Origin: Schmidtea polychroa
Taxonomy: Eukaryota
NCBI GenBank assembly: GCA_044892525.1
Contig: CM097885.1
Span: forward strand, 24,120,001 to 24,184,000
DNA length: 64,000 nucleotides
Direction: 5' to 3'
The notes beneath the pieces were generated by a model. That model saw only the letters and a list, made by a program, of their open reading frames with translations. It ran no database searches and was not told the origin of the DNA. Shown here piece after piece: positions 38,870 to 54,872 of this stretch. The translations under genes were made by a program, and so were the position numbers. Every line of letters starts with the position of its first letter. The first letter of the stretch is position 1.

Positions 38870-39960
38870 ATTGCTCTTTCTCTTAATTTCTTTTTTAAAC
38901 ATTGAATAGCCTCTTTTGGTTCGATAGATGTGTATAGTGATAAGACATCAAAACTGAATGGGTATTTGAATTCTCTATGAGAAGTTTTGTTATTATTTAA
39001 TCTTGTCATGAGACAGTCGCTGCTTTAAAGATGGTGTGCTCCAATAAAGGTTTCAAGATCTTTGCAAGGAGCCAACTTGTTTTAGTTGTTGGTCCATTTT
39101 TGTTGAACACTATAGGCCTATTTTTGATAACAGAATCCTCTTTGTGAGTTTTAATTAGGTGGTAGAAGTTGGGAAGATCAGAATTTTTTGTGACGAAGCT
39201 GTTGGTTATTCTGTTGTTGAGCATCATTTCCAAAGCTATGGCTTTCCATACTTTGTTGATCTTCATTTCGATATTGTTTGGTGACATGCGGCTGACTTTC
39301 TTGTATGTTTCGATATTGCCGAGGTGTTCGTAACCAGCTTCAAAGTACCGATTCTTCTCTATAATGCAAAATTCTCCCCCTTGTCACTTGGTAAGTAAAC
39401 GTATGGTTTCTTTTCGAGGGATTTTAATATTGCTTGTTCATCTTTCGATAGGTTTGAGAGTTATGGTTTTCTTTTTTCCTTCTCAACTATCTCCATAATT
39501 TTGTGACAGACCTTTGAGAGTGTTGAATCTAATTCTGCATCAGGATTTAGTTGATAGAGTTTATCTGCGTTTATGTATACTGGGAGCTTTTCTTCGCTAT
39601 TTTCATTTTCATGAGGTATTGTATTGTTCTATTTGATCTGGTACGCAATGCGACAAAAAGCTGTTTTGAAATTGAGGATGGCTGCTTCATCTATTTTTCT
39701 GTTTATACTGAACTTTGGTCCTAGTGAAAGTAATCCTTTTGTACCTTCAGATAGACAATTTGTGAGGTCGGTTACCGATTTTTTGTTCAATGTAATGCTG
39801 TTGTTTCTATCCAGTGTTTCATTGTTTGATCCTTTTGTCTAATCACAGGGAATAATGTGCTTCTGCTGTCATGAAAGATTGTCTTTGTACCTATTAAATC
39901 AATTCTTTTGGGTGGTTATTCAAATAAGGTTTCTTGATTTCGTTGATTCTAGCTAAATAT
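38870..39960 (-). mobile_element. Penelope-like RT fragment (diverged copy)
   Basis: ORF 39006-39287 is near-identical to 3697-3978, with several substitutions. Confidence 0.85.
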
Positions 39961-40103
39961 TTGCTAAGCTAATTATAGAAACTTTATAAAAATATAATAT
40001 AATATAAAAATAATATATTAGTATAATATCCAAATGTGAATGTTTTTATACATAATTTTCGGTTAATTGTCTAATATTGCGATATTATTCCGCAATATTA
40101 CTT

Positions 40104-40158
40104 CTTTTACCGAAGGTACGGATCTAATTTGCCGACTTCCCTTACCTACATTGTTCTA
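40104..40158 (-). rRNA. 55-bp 28S rRNA fragment (copy in second unit)
   Basis: Identical to 14-68. Confidence 0.9.
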
Positions 40159-43100
40159 AGGCTTTATAAAAAAATAATATAATATAAAAATAATATATTA
40201 GTATAATATCCAAATGTGGATGTTTTTATACATAATTTTCGGTTAATTGTCTAATATTGCGATATTATTCCGCAATATTACTTCTTTCTCAACTTATTTA
40301 TTCTCAGCACATACTATCAACATCTTTGTTGTTATTTTCTCTTTGGTGAATTCTTTATTCTCAAACAACCTGTCAACAAGGTCCTCCACTTTTTAAAAAT
40401 ATATTTCAATCTCTTCGCCTCTTCTTTTATAATTCAATAAACTTTCCATATTTTTTCCTAATTTTATAGACCACTCTGGAGTAGTTTTTCATACTGTTTA
40501 TCTGATCTCTTTGCTTGTCTACTTTGTCCATCAGAATTAGTGTTTCCTTTATTTCCTCTGTGCTTTTTATTTTCCGTAGTATCACTTCTTTCTAAACTTC
40601 TTTATTCTCCGCACATACTATTAACATCCTTGCTGTTAATTTCTCTTTGGTAAATTCTTTATTTTCAAACAACCTATCAACTAGGTCCTCCAACTTTTTA
40701 AAATAACGTTTCTATTTCTTCACCCTTCCGCTTGTAATTCAACAAGTTTTGTATATCCTTTAAAACATCTCCTTCGCGATCGAATGCCAATCGCAACCTA
40801 GCCAGGAATCCTTCTGCTTTTTTATGTGTTTTGGCATACACTTCCAGGAGATCCTCATCAATCATGCAAGATGTTAGTCTTTCCTGATCTTTCTTATGCG
40901 TGATTCCCTTGGCGTCGAAATAAATTTCGCATCTCTTAATGAACTATACCAAGTCCTCACCTTGCCAGAATACCTTTGGTAGCAATCTTTCGGTGATTGC
41001 GTCAGTGTTTACCGCTGCCACCATATTAGGATGTTCATCCTGTAAAACATTAAAATCAGTGTTTGTTTCCATAAATTTTATTTCAGTAAATATCAGTATC
41101 AAATTATATCTTCTTTAAACTTTCTTATTTAAACAAATTTTCTACGAAGATATTTTTAATTAAAATATCTTAATATATATCTTAATAATAATAATATATA
41201 TCTTAATAATAATATATATCTTAATATATATCTTAATAATATCTTAATATCTTTTTAATTAAAATACCAAGTACTCACAACCGACAACAACCAGTTACTA
41301 AGCATTATTAACCAACTACTAAGTACCTACAACCAACTAGCTACAATCTACCATGTACTAACAACCGACAACAACCAGGTACTAAGCATTAATTACCTAC
41401 AACTGGTACTAACAACCAACCAACTAGGTACTAGCTACCAAGTACTCACAAGCGACAACAACCAAGTACTAAGCATTATTAACCAACTACTAAGTACCTA
41501 CAACCAACTACTAAGTACCTACAACCAACATCAACCAGATACCTACAACTAGATACTAACAACCAGTTACCTGCTACCAAGTACTTACAACTAGATACCA
41601 CGTACTAACTAACTCTCAACCCCCACCTACCCATTAACTAGCTACTAAGTACTAACAACCAGCTAACAACTAGATACCAAGTACTTACAACCAACATCAA
41701 CCAGGTACTAAGCATTATCAACCAACTAAATACTAAGTACTAACAACCAACCAACTAGGTACTAGATACCAAGTACTTACAACCAACATCAACCAGGCAC
41801 TAAACATTATCAACCAACTACTAAGTACCTACAACCACCTATCAAGTACTAACAATCAAAAGCAACAACTAGATTCTAACAACCAAAAACATGCAACCAA
41901 CTAGCTACAACCAGCACTCAACTAGATACCAACTACTAAGTACCTACAACCAACTAGCTACCACCTACCAAGTACTAACAACCAGTTACCAACTACTAAG
42001 CATTAATTACCTACAACTAGTTACTAACAACTAGATACCAAGTACATACAACCAACAACTAAGCATTATCAACCATGTACTAACAACCAACTACTAACAA
42101 CCTACAACAACTAGGTACTAAGCATTATCAACCAAGTACCTAAAACCACCTACCAAGTACATACAACCAACATCATTCAGATACCTACAACTAGATACTA
42201 ACAACCAGTTACCAAGTACCTACAACCACCTACCCATTAACTAACTACAACCAGCTAACAGCAACCAACCAACTACCAAGTACTAACAACCAACAACCAG
42301 CTAACAACTAACTACCAGATACCAACTACTTACAACCAACAACTAAGTACTAACAACCAGCTAACAACTAGATACCTAGTACTAAGCACTGTCAACTTGA
42401 TACCAAGCACTGACAACCAGATGACCACATGAAATTATTGGTTAAATAAGTAAAATAATGTTTAATTTTTAAATTAACTAATCAATGATCTAAAATATTA
42501 AAGTTAAAGTCAATTTAAGATGAAGATTTTCTGGGATTTCCAATGTTAATTTTAGATGCAAATCTTCGTCAATTAATCAATGACCACATGAAATTATTGG
42601 TTAAATATGAAAATAAGGATTATATTTAGTTGTTAAGTAAATTATGGTGTAAAATTAAGAAATAAAGAATAATTAGGTAAATTAAGGATAAGTAAAGTTA
42701 AAAATTTTAAATAAGTAAATTAAGGTTCAAAATCTAAAATTAAGTAACCAAAAAATTTTTTCTCAAAACATTTAGTGAAAAATTTCAAAATAAAAAATCG
42801 AATTCGATTATCAAGAATTCAATTATCAATGAGCCGCAGTTTACTCAACGAAGAGCCGCATTTGCCCACCGTTGCTATATAAGGATTCTCATTCGTTAAA
42901 ACATTAATATTGGTTTGCAAATTATTAGATAACTCCATAAATTTCATTTTATAAATTAAGCACTAAAAACTTATCTTTTCTTTAGTTTTTTATTTAAACT
43001 AATTTCAATCTTTTTTTAAAATATTTTTGGATAAAACATTGAGAATCTTTTCTCTTACTCATAATTAACACATTCTATAATGAATATCTCTACACCATAT

Positions 43101-43649
43101 CCTTTATGGTAATCGTTCTGAAATAGCTTCTTTATAAAGAAATCATATATTTGGTCACCATTTTCGAATTTCCTAGAATATTTCCTTGTTTAATTCATGT
43201 CCCAATATTTTATCAACTAACTCTTCTATAATCGTGAAATAATTTTTGGGCTCCTTGTATTTATGTATTTTTTACTACAATATATTTCGACAGAATCACT
43301 GTGATCTTCAGGAAGAATTGAAATTCAAAATCAACATCTGAACATCTTCTAAGCAAGAACAGAAATAGACTAAATTCATAATTTTTATCACATATATCCA
43401 ATTTAATCATTGATAGTTATTCTTTCATTAACATTCTACATCTCTTCATCAATTCCAAAGAGCTTCTATTGAGTAATACAAAAAAAACAAAGTGTCACTT
43501 TCAAATTTATTATAACAATCACTATTTAATGGCATTGATTTAGATATAACGAAAAGCACTAAATCTAATATATATATTTTACTACAATATATTTCGACAA
43601 AATCACTGTGGTCTTCAGGTAGAATTAAAATTCAAACTAAATCAATCGA

Positions 43650-44750
43650 AATTGCTCTTTCTCTTAATTTCTTTTTTAAACATTGAATAGCCTCTTTTGG
43701 TTCGATAGATGTGTATAGTGATACGACATCAAGACTGAATGGGTATTTGAATTCTCTATGAGAGGTTTTGTTATTATTTAATCTTGTCATGAGGCAGTCG
43801 CTGCTTTAAAGATGGTGTGGTCCAATAAAGGTTTCAAGATCTTTGCAAGGAGCCAACTTGTTTTAGTTGTTGGTCCATTTTTGTTGAACACTATAGGCCT
43901 ATTTTTGATAACAGAATCCTCTTTGTGAGTTTTAATTAGGTGGTAGAAGTTTGGAAGATCAGAATTTTTTGTGACGAAGCTGTTGGTTATTCTGTTGCTG
44001 AGCTTCATTTCCAAAGCTATGGCTTTCAATACTTTGTTGATCTTCATTTCGATATTGTTTGGTGACATGCGGCTGACTTTCTTGTATGTTTCGATATTGC
44101 CGAGGTGTTCGTAACCAGCTTCAAAGTACCGATTCTTCTCTATAATGCAAAATTCTCCCCCTTGTCACTTGGTAAGTAAACGTATGGTTTCTTTTCGAGG
44201 GATTTTAATATTGCTTGTTCATCTTTCGATAGGTTTGAGAGTTATGGTTTTCTTTTTTCCTTCTCAACTATCTCCATAATTTTGTGACAGACCTTTGAGC
44301 GTGTTGAATCTAATTCTGCATCAGGATTTAGTTGATAGAGTTTATCTGCGTTTATGTATACTGGGAGCTTTTCTTCGCTATTTTCATTTTCATGAGGTAT
44401 TGTATTGTTCCATTTGATCTGGTACGCAATGCGACAAAAAGCTGTTTTGAAATTGAGGATGGCTGCTTCATCTATTTTTCTGTTTATACTGAACTTTGGT
44501 CCTAGTGAAAGTAATCCTTTTGCACCTTCAGATAGACAATTTGTGAGGTCGGTTACCGATTTTTTGTTCAATGTAATGCTGTTGTTTCTATCCAGTGTTT
44601 CATTGTTTGATCCTTTTGTCTAATCACAGGGAATAATGTGCTTCTGCTGTCATGAAAGATTGTCTTTGTACCTATTAAATCAATTCTTTTGGGTGGTTAT
44701 TCAAATAAGGTTTCTTGATTTCGTTGATTCTAGCTAAATATTTGCTAAGC
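43650..44750 (-). mobile_element. Penelope-like RT fragment (copy in second unit)
   Basis: ORFs 43787-44068 and 44242-44571 match 3697-3978 and 4152-4481. Confidence 0.85.
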
Positions 44751-45126
44751 TAATTATAGAAACTTTATAAAAAAATTGTTCTAAGACTTTATAAAAAAAT
44801 AATATAATATAAAAATAATATATTAATATAATATCCAAATGTGGATGTTTTTATACATAATTTTCGGTTAATTGTCTAATATTGCGATATTATTCCGCAA
44901 TATTACTTCTTTCTCAACTTATTTATTCTCAGCACATACTATCAACATCTTTGCTGTTATTTTCTCTTTGGTGAATTCTTTATTCTCAAACAACCTGTCA
45001 ACAAGGTCCTCCACTTTTTAAAAATATATTTCAATCTCTTCGCCTCTTCTTTTATAATTCAATAAACTTTCCATATTTTTTCCTAATTTTATAGACCACT
45101 CTGGCGTAATTTTTCATACTGTTTTC

Positions 45127-48100
45127 ATACAAAAATCCGACTACCACTAAAAAAGCATGGAATTTTCAGACTATAGTGACGGCGTCTCGATGGTCCTAGG
45201 ATTTTCAATACAAAAAAAATTTTTCAATACAAAAATCCGACTACCACTAAAAAAGCATGGTAATTTAAGGTCTCAGGATATTTTCAATACAAAAATCCGA
45301 TTATCACTAAAAAAGCCAAGGATTTTTCAGACTATAGTGAGGTGAGTCTCCTTGGTCCTGAGAAATAGATGGTCTACACTAAAAAAACGTGGTAATTTAA
45401 GGTCTCAGGATATTTTCAATACAAAAATCCGACTATCAATAAAAAAGCATGGATTTTTCGAATTAAATTAAGGTGAGTCTCCTTGGTCCTGAGAAAAAGG
45501 TGGTCTACACTAAAAACCTGGTAAATTTTTCAATTACAGTAAATTATGGCTCAAATTTTTGAATTACAGTAAATTATGGGTCTAAAAAATTAAATTACAG
45601 TAAATAATGGTTCAAATTTTTCAATTACAGTAAGTAATGGGTCTAAAAATTAAATTACAGTAAATAATGGTCCAAATTTTAAAATTACAGTAAATTATGG
45701 TCCAAAAATTTAAATTAAAGTAAATTATGGTTCTAAAAATTGAATTAAAGTAAATAATGGTCCAAATTTTTAAATTAAAGTAAATTATGGTTCTAAAAAT
45801 TGAATTAAAGTAAATAATGGTCCAAATTTTTAAATTAAAGTAAATTTAAGTTCTTAAAAATTAAATTACAGTAAATTATGGTCCAAATTTTTCAAATACA
45901 GTAAATTATGGGTCAAAAAATTAAATTACAGTAAATAATGGTTCTAAAAATTAAATTAAAGTAAATTAAGGTTCTAAATTTTAAATTAAAGTAAATTAAG
46001 GTTCTAAAAAATTAAAATAAAGTAAATTAAGGTTCAAATTTTTGAATTAAGTAATCAATGGTAAAAAATTTTAAATAAGTAAATTAAAGTAATAATTTTT
46101 AAATTAAGTAATCAATGGTAAAAAATTTTAAATAAGTAAATTAAAGTAAGATTTTAAAATTTATTAACAAAAAGTTGAAGGTGTTTGAGAATTGAAATTT
46201 TTTATTGAAAATTTTTATGGAATAATTTTTTAAGTAATTTTTAATGGAAATTTTTATGAAATAATTTTTTAAGTTAATTTTTAATGGAAATTTTTATGGA
46301 ATAATTTTTTAAGTAATTTTTAATGGAAATTTTTATGAAATATTTTTCAATGATAATTTTAGATCTAAATTTTTAAGATAATTTTTAATGGAAATTTTTA
46401 TGAAATATTTTTCAATGACAAATTTTAATAATAATTCAACAACAAACCAACAACTTAGTACCAACAACCAGTAACTTACGAACATGTATTAACAACCAGA
46501 TACCTACAACTAGTTACTAACAACTAGTTACATGATACTAAGTAAATACAACCACCTAACAAGTACTAACAACCAAAAACAAGCAACCAACCAGGTACCA
46601 GTTACCACCTACCAAGTACCTACAACCAACTACTAAGTACCTACAACCAAAAACAACCAACTAGGTACTAGATACCAAGTACTTACAACAAACATCAACC
46701 AAGTACCTACTACCACCTACCAAGTACTTACAACTAGTTACTAACAACCAGTTACCTGCTACCAAGTACTTACAACTAGTTACTAACAACCAATTACCTG
46801 CTACCAAGTACTTACAACTAGATACCACGTACTAACTAACTCTCAACCCCCACCTACCCATTAACTAGCTACTAAGTACTAACAACCAACAACAACCAAG
46901 AACTAAGCATTATCAACCAACTAAATACTAAGTACTAACAACCAACATCAACCAGGTACCAGATACCAACTAGCTACCAAGTACTAACAACCAACAACAA
47001 CCAGGTACTAAGCATTATTAACCACCTACTAAGTACCAACAACCAGTAACTTACGAACATGTATTACCAACCAGATACCTACAACCAGTTACCTGATACC
47101 AAATACTTACAACTAGATACCAAGTACTATCAACCAAAAACCACCAACCAACTAGGTACTAGATACCAAGTACTCACAACCGACAACAACCAGTTACTAA
47201 GCATTATTAACCAACTACTAAGTACCTACAACCAACTAGCTACAATCTACCATGTACTAACAACCGACAACAACCAGGTACTAAGCATTAATTACCTACA
47301 ACTGGTACTAACAACCAACCAACTAGGTACTAGCTACCAAGTACTCACAAGCGACAACAACCAAGTACTAAGCATTATTAACCAACTACTAAGTACCTAC
47401 AACCAACTACTAAGTACCTACAACCAACATCAACCAGATACCTACAACTAGATACTAACAACCAGTTACCTGCTACCAGGTACTTACAACTAGATACCAC
47501 GTACTAACTAACTCTCAACCCCCACCTACCCATTAACTAGCTACTAAGTACTAACAACCAGCTAACAACTAGATACCAAGTACTTACAACCAACATCAAC
47601 CAGGTACTAAGCATTATCAACCAACTAAATACTAAGTACTAACAACCAACCAACTAGGTACTAGATACCAAGTACTTACAACCAACATCAACCAGGCACT
47701 AAGCATTATCAACCAACTACTAAGTACCTACAACCACCTATCAAGTACTAACAATCAAAAGCAACAACTAGATGCTAACAACCAAAAACATGCAACCAAC
47801 TAGCTACAACCAGCACTCAACAAGATACCAACTACTAAGTACCTACAACCAACTAGCTACCACCTACCAAGTACTAACAACCAGTTACCAACTACTAAGC
47901 ATTAATTACCTACAACTAGTTACTAACAACTAGATACCAAGTACATACAACCAACAACTAAGCATTATCAACCATGTACTAACAACCAACTACTAACAAC
48001 CTACAACAACTAGGTACTAAGCATTATCAACCAAGTACCTAAAACCACCTACCAAGTACATACAACCAACATCAACCAGATACCTACAACTAGATACTAA

Positions 48101-48869
48101 CAACCAGTTACCAAGTACCTACAACCACCTACCCATTAACTAACTACAACCAGCTAACAGCAACCAACCAACTACCAAGTACTAACAACCAACAACCAGC
48201 TAACAACTAACTACCAGATACCAACTACTTACAACCAACAACTAAGTACTAACAACCAGCTAACAACTAGATACCTAGTACTAAGCACTGTCAACTAGAT
48301 ACCAAGCACTGACAACCAGATGACCACATGAAATTATTGGTTAAATAAGTAAAATAATGTTTAATTTTTAAATTAACTAATCAATGATCTAAAATATTAA
48401 AGTTAAAGTCAATTTAAGATGAAGATTTTCTGGGATTTCCAATGTTAATTTTAGATGCAAATCTTCGTCAATTAATCAATGACCACATGAAATTATTGGT
48501 TAAATATGAAAATAAGGATTATATTTAGTTGTTAAGTAAATTATGGTGTAAAATTAAGAAATAAAGAATAATTAGGTAAATTAAGGATAAGTAAAGTTAA
48601 AAATTTTAAATAAGTAAATTAAGGTTCAAAATTTTAAATTAAAGAAAACAATGGTTTTAATTTTAAATTAAAGCTAAATGAGTAAATTAAAGTAATAATT
48701 TTTAAATAAGTAAATTAAGGTTCAAAATCTAAAATTAAGTAACCAATGGTTCAAATTTTTAATTAAAGCTAAATAAGTAAATTAAAGTAAGATTTTTAAA
48801 TTTATTATCAAAATATTGAATAACCACCAATTTTTTTGAGAAATGTAATTTTTAATGAAAATTTAAATG

Positions 48870-48911
<42 letters not shown>

Positions 48912-51900
48912 TAATAATAATAATAATTCAACAGTTACCAACAATCGGTTACTAAATATTTTTAACTAGGTGCTGACAAATACTTACAACATGATACCAC
49001 GTACTAACTCTCAAACAACCAGATACTTACAACGAACTACTAAATATTCTTCATTGTATTTTATGAAATGCTTTTTAAATTAATTTTTTATACATCTTCT
49101 ATAATAATTTTAATTACAATCAGTAGAAAAACCTTTTCATATTTAACAAAAATGTTGATTTTCATCAAAAAATGAATAATTGTCAACTCATCCCCACGCG
49201 AAATTCAAAATAATTACAATGAAAGACTAATGAATTCTAATTTACAAAACATTCTTCTTTTAATTGATAACTTATTATTGCAATGTAAAAATCGCATTCA
49301 ATAAATACTTATTGTTGATCAATTTTATTATATATACTCTGAGTTTATCCGACAGGATGTTTTGACCCCCTAAAGGTACTGGTCGTAAGGGTACTGGTCG
49401 TAAGGGTATTGGTAACACTCAACCCCCACCTACTCATTAATTAGTTACCATGTACTAACAACTAGGTTTCAAACAACTAAATACTAAACACTAACATCCA
49501 ACAACAACCAGGTACTAAGCATTATCAACCTACAACTATATAACAACAATCAGTAAACAACACTGTACCAACTACCAAATACAAGAAACCAACAACTTAG
49601 TACCAACAATCAACTAACAACACATAAAAATAATAGCAATTAAATAAAAAAATTATTCTTCATCGCATACACTATTTTCTAATCAAAATCTAAAAAGTCA
49701 ACCAACTACTTACAACCAACAACTATGTACTAACAAATTGATCTTTAAAAGCAAATACTCATCACTTGAAAAAAATTAGATGAAAAATTAATTGAACTCA
49801 AGGCACTTTTAAGATATTTGAACTCAAGGCATCAATAACTTGGTAAAAATTGATTAAATTATTGTAAAAATTTAAATTATTCAAAATATACTAAATTAAA
49901 AAAATATAATTAATGGGCAAGAAAGAACTTTAAATTCTAGTCATAGATCATTCAGGTTAATATGAATCAACTAAGATAATAAATAATAAGATAAGATCTA
50001 GTAGATAATTGATTTAGATTGAATAAATTAATTTAAATAAAATAAAATTTAATTATTTTTGTAAAAGTAATACATGTACTCAAATTGATTGACTGATTTC
50101 TCAATATATTCAAAAAATCAGTATAAATTCATTACAATTATCAAAGTCAGCAATCTACAATAAAAATAATTATCATTAAATTCCAAAAGAGACTAGATAA
50201 CTAATGATAACATCTAACAAACCAGTAAATTCATTTAAATGACAATAATTGGTATATCCAAGTGAATTCTCCAATAAAATCATCTAAAAAGAATCATTTT
50301 CCCCTAAATATATCAATATTTAAAGATTGGTATTTTAATGATAAGTACTTGTTAAAGATCATATATTCACCTCAAACTAACAAGATTCCTTAAAATCCCC
50401 TTAAATGACTTTAATTCCTATTATCACGAATATTTCCCTATAAAACGTGTAAAATAATTTGGTCATTAACCCTAAATAATTGATAAAATCTAATGATAAA
50501 ACCGGTTATAATTAACTTTTTGTTAATCACTGTACTCGAAATTTAAAATAAATATAACTGACTAGGTCCCATTAAAAGATTAAATTTATCCATTCAATAA
50601 AATATATTTCTTCAAATGATCATTTTACCGATATTCAACCGATTTAATTACTAATTAAAATCAAGATTTCTTTCAATAAAGATCAATTTTATTTAGTCGA
50701 TGTTTTAAGTCCATATTTCTAAACTTTTGTCATTCTCCGTCTAAATAAAGATAAAAATAATTTAAAGTTGATATCAATCCCAATTATCTGTCAAGTTTTC
50801 ATTGTCAAAACCAAGTAAATCGATCATTATCCCTACTTAATAATCCATAAATCTAAATTAATATACAATGGATTAATCACAACCTAATAAAACGATATAA
50901 TTATTATTGATTCATAACTGACTAATGTATTGCAATTTCCTTAAAAAACATTGATATTTTACCAACATCACCCTTAAAAAATCATATATTCCCATCGAAA
51001 CCCTTCCCTCATTAAAAGGAACCGACTATATCTCCCTTACAATAATATATTCCCATCTTAACCCATCTCACATTAAATCTAACCGACTATATCCCCTTAA
51101 AAGATCATATTTTCCCCATCTTAACCGATCTCTCATTAAATCTAACCAACAATATCCCATCTTAACCGATCTCTCAGCAAATATTTCTACCCTTTTAAAC
51201 ATCTATCCGATTATATCCCTTATTTTCCCTAAAGATTTCACCCACTTGAGCCCTTTAATATATATCAATCCTCTCAAAATCCTCAGAGAACTTCAAAAAT
51301 ATGACTTTTAATTAATTGTTATAGAACCAGACAAATAATAAGAGCCCATTAAAAGATCAAAATTCACTAAATTTTCTACAAATATTTACCATCAAATACT
51401 GGAGATGATAGTATATTGTTTGATCATAATTCTTCATCGATTCAGCCAATCATTTTCAAGCAAACTAAATTTCAGTATATTCTACAATCATTTTCATGTA
51501 AATTTAAAGTTAACTGGTTTCTTAGCTTATGTTTTTTAAAGTTCATCAATGAGTAAATTATTGAAAAAATTATTTAGTCAAATATATTACAAAGTTATCA
51601 TCAAAAATCACTTAATTATTAACCTAATTGTCAATGAAATTAATTTTTATTTAAAAACTATTCAATAAAATACCACTAATTATCAAGAAATTAACTAAAT
51701 TTATCAATTAAATTTATCACCATTAAAACTTTTAATCAGTCAACATGAAATTCTTAGAAAATTATTCAATATCCTCATCAAAATTTATCCTATCACTTGA
51801 TTATTGTACAAACTTTAATTATTAACCTCATTAAAATAAATTTTTATTTAAAATTAAAAAACAAGTCAATAAAAATACATTCAATTATCAAGAAATTAAT

Positions 51901-54872
51901 TAAATTTACCTTAGAATTAGTATTAAATTACAGATATTCACAAAAATTACGGAAATTCATGAAAATAATGGAAATTCACAAAATTGATAAAAATTCACAA
52001 AAATTATAGAAATTTACTTGAATATTTACTAAAACCATCAACTCTAAAAATTATCAATGAATGCCTTAAACAACAAATTTGCTTAAATTCAAATAAAAGC
52101 AATAAATATCTTTACGACTTATACCCTTACGACATGTTGAATGTGAGTAGTACCCTTGTGAGCAATACCCATAGGGGGACAGAATATTTTGTCGGATAAA
52201 CTCAGAGTATATATTAATTAACTTATTCTTCATTGAATCAGTAAAATTATCATAAATTTCGATAAAAAATCTTATGTGGTAAGCAATGTAAAGAGAAATA
52301 TTCTTTAAACTTTGATAAAATTAACAATGAAGGTGGTAAGAATCTTCATTAAAGTGAGGAAATTACTCGATGATAAATTCAAATGGGTGAAAATAATTGG
52401 TAGAATAATTCATTAATGGAGGTAAATAATGAGAAGTGGCATAGATAAGAAGAAGGTTGATAAAAATGTAAATATATTAATTGAATTTATTTAAAATTAT
52501 TTCATAAAATTCATAAATTTAATAAAAAAAACTTTTAAAACAAATATTTGTGGGGAATAATTAATCAAAATCGGAGGGATATTAGTGATTAATTAATTGA
52601 AAATAGAGAATCGGGGAATATAAGTGAATAATTAATGGAAAATCGGGAATCGGGGGTAATATAGGGATTAAATAGTGGAGAATAATAGTGAATATAAGTG
52701 AGGAGGATATATAATTTAAGCTAGTTTATTACATAACAAGCCGTGACTAGTTTATTACATAACATGCCGCAACTAATTTATTACATAACAAGCTGTGAAT
52801 GGTATTTTACCAACATTTTACTTAATTTTTAAAGTATGTAATTTAATTTTAATTATATTTTAAAATTGTATATATTGTAATGCTTAGTACTTGGTTGTTG
52901 TTGGTTGTTAGTACTTAGTAGCTAGTTAATGGGTAGGTGGGGGTTGAGAGTTAGTTAGTACGTGGTATCTAGTTGTAAGTACTTGGTAGCAGGTAATTGG
53001 TTGTTAGTAACTAGTTGTAAGTACTTGGTAGCAGGTAACTGGTTGTTAGTAACTAGTTGTAAGTACTTGGTAGGTGGTAGTAGGTACTTGGTTGATGTTT
53101 GTTGTAAGTACTTGGTATCTAGTACCTAGTTGGTTGTTTTTGGTTGTAGGTACTTAGTAGTTGGTTGTAGGTACTTGGTAGGTGGTAACTGGTACCTGGT
53201 TGGTTGCTTGTTTTTGGTTGTTAGTATTTGTTAGGTGGTTGTATTTACTTAGTATCATGTAACTAATTGTTAGTAACTAGTTGTAGGTATCTGGTTGTTA
53301 ATACATGTTCGTAAGTTACTGGTTGTTGGTACTAAGTTGTTGGTTTGTTGTTGAATTATTATTAAAATTTGTCATTGAAAAATATTTCATAAAAATTTCC
53401 ATTAAAAATTATCTTAAAAATTTCCATCTAAAATTATCATTGAAAAATATTTCATAAAAATTTCCATTAAAAATTACTTAAAAAATTATTCCATAAAAAT
53501 TTCCATTAAAAATTAACTTAAAAAATTATTTCATAAAAATTTCCATTAAAAATTACTTAAAAAATTATTCCATAAAAATTTTCAATAAAAAATTTCAATT
53601 CTCAAACACCTTCAACTTTTTGTTAATAAATTTTAAAATCTTACTTTAATTTACTTATTTAAAATTTTTTACCATTGATTACTTAATTTAAAAATTATTA
53701 CTTTAATTTACTTATTTAAAATTTTTTACCATTGATTACTTAATTCAAAAATTTGAACCTTAATTTACTTTATTTTAATTTTTTAGAACCTTAATTTACT
53801 TTAATTTAAAATTTAGAACCTTAATTTACTTTAATTTAATTTTTAGAACCATTATTTACTGTAATTTAATTTTTTGACCCATAATTTACTGTATTTGAAA
53901 AATTTGGACCATAATTTACTGTAATTTAATTTTTAAGAACTTAAATTTACTTTAATTTAAAAATTTGGACCATTATTTACTTTAATTCAATTTTTAGAAC
54001 CATAATTTACTTTAATTTAAAAATTTGGACCATTATTTACTTTAATTCAATTTTTAGAACCATAATTTACTTTAATTTAAATTTTTGGACCATAATTTAC
54101 TGTAATTTTAAAATTTGGACCATTATTTACTGTAATTTAATTTTTTAGCACAATAATTTACTGTAATTTAAAAATTTGAACTATAATTTACTGTAATTTA
54201 ATTTTTAGACCCATTACTTACTGTAATTGAAAAATTTGAACCATTATTTACTGTAATTTAATTTTTTAGACCCATAATTTACTGTAATTCAAAAATTTGA
54301 GCCATAATTTACTGTAATTGAAAAATTTACCAGGTTTTTAGTGTAGACCACCTTTTTCTCAGGACCAAGGAGACTCACCTTAATTTAATTCGAAAAATCC
54401 ATGCTTTTTTATTGATAGTCGGATTTTTGTATTGAAAATATCCTGAGACCTTAAATTACCACGTTTTTTTAGTGTAGACCATCTATTTCTCAGGACCAAG
54501 GAGACTCACCTCACTATAGTCTGAAAAATCCTTGGCTTTTTTAGTGATAATCGGATTTTTGTATTGAAAATATCCTGAGACCTTAAATTACCATGCTTTT
54601 TTAGTGGTAGTCGGATTTTTGTATTGAAAAATTTTTTTTGTATTGAAAATCCTAGGACCATCGAGACGCCGTCACTATAGTCTGAAAATTCCATGCTTTT
54701 TTAGTGGTAGTCGGATTTTTGTATTGAAAATCCCAGGACCATCGAGACCCCCCTCACTATAGTCTGAAAAATAGCCTAATCAAAAGTTGCAACAAAAAAA
54801 AATCGTGCAACAAAAAAAATATTGCAAACGCGGGGGGGGGGGGGGGTTGCAGCGGGCTACTATCTACCTACT
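45127..54872. mobile_element. Foldback/Polinton-like element (copy in second unit)
   Basis: Arms at 45127-46912 and 52878-54724. Terminus ...CTACTATCTACCTACT at 54872. Confidence 0.65.
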
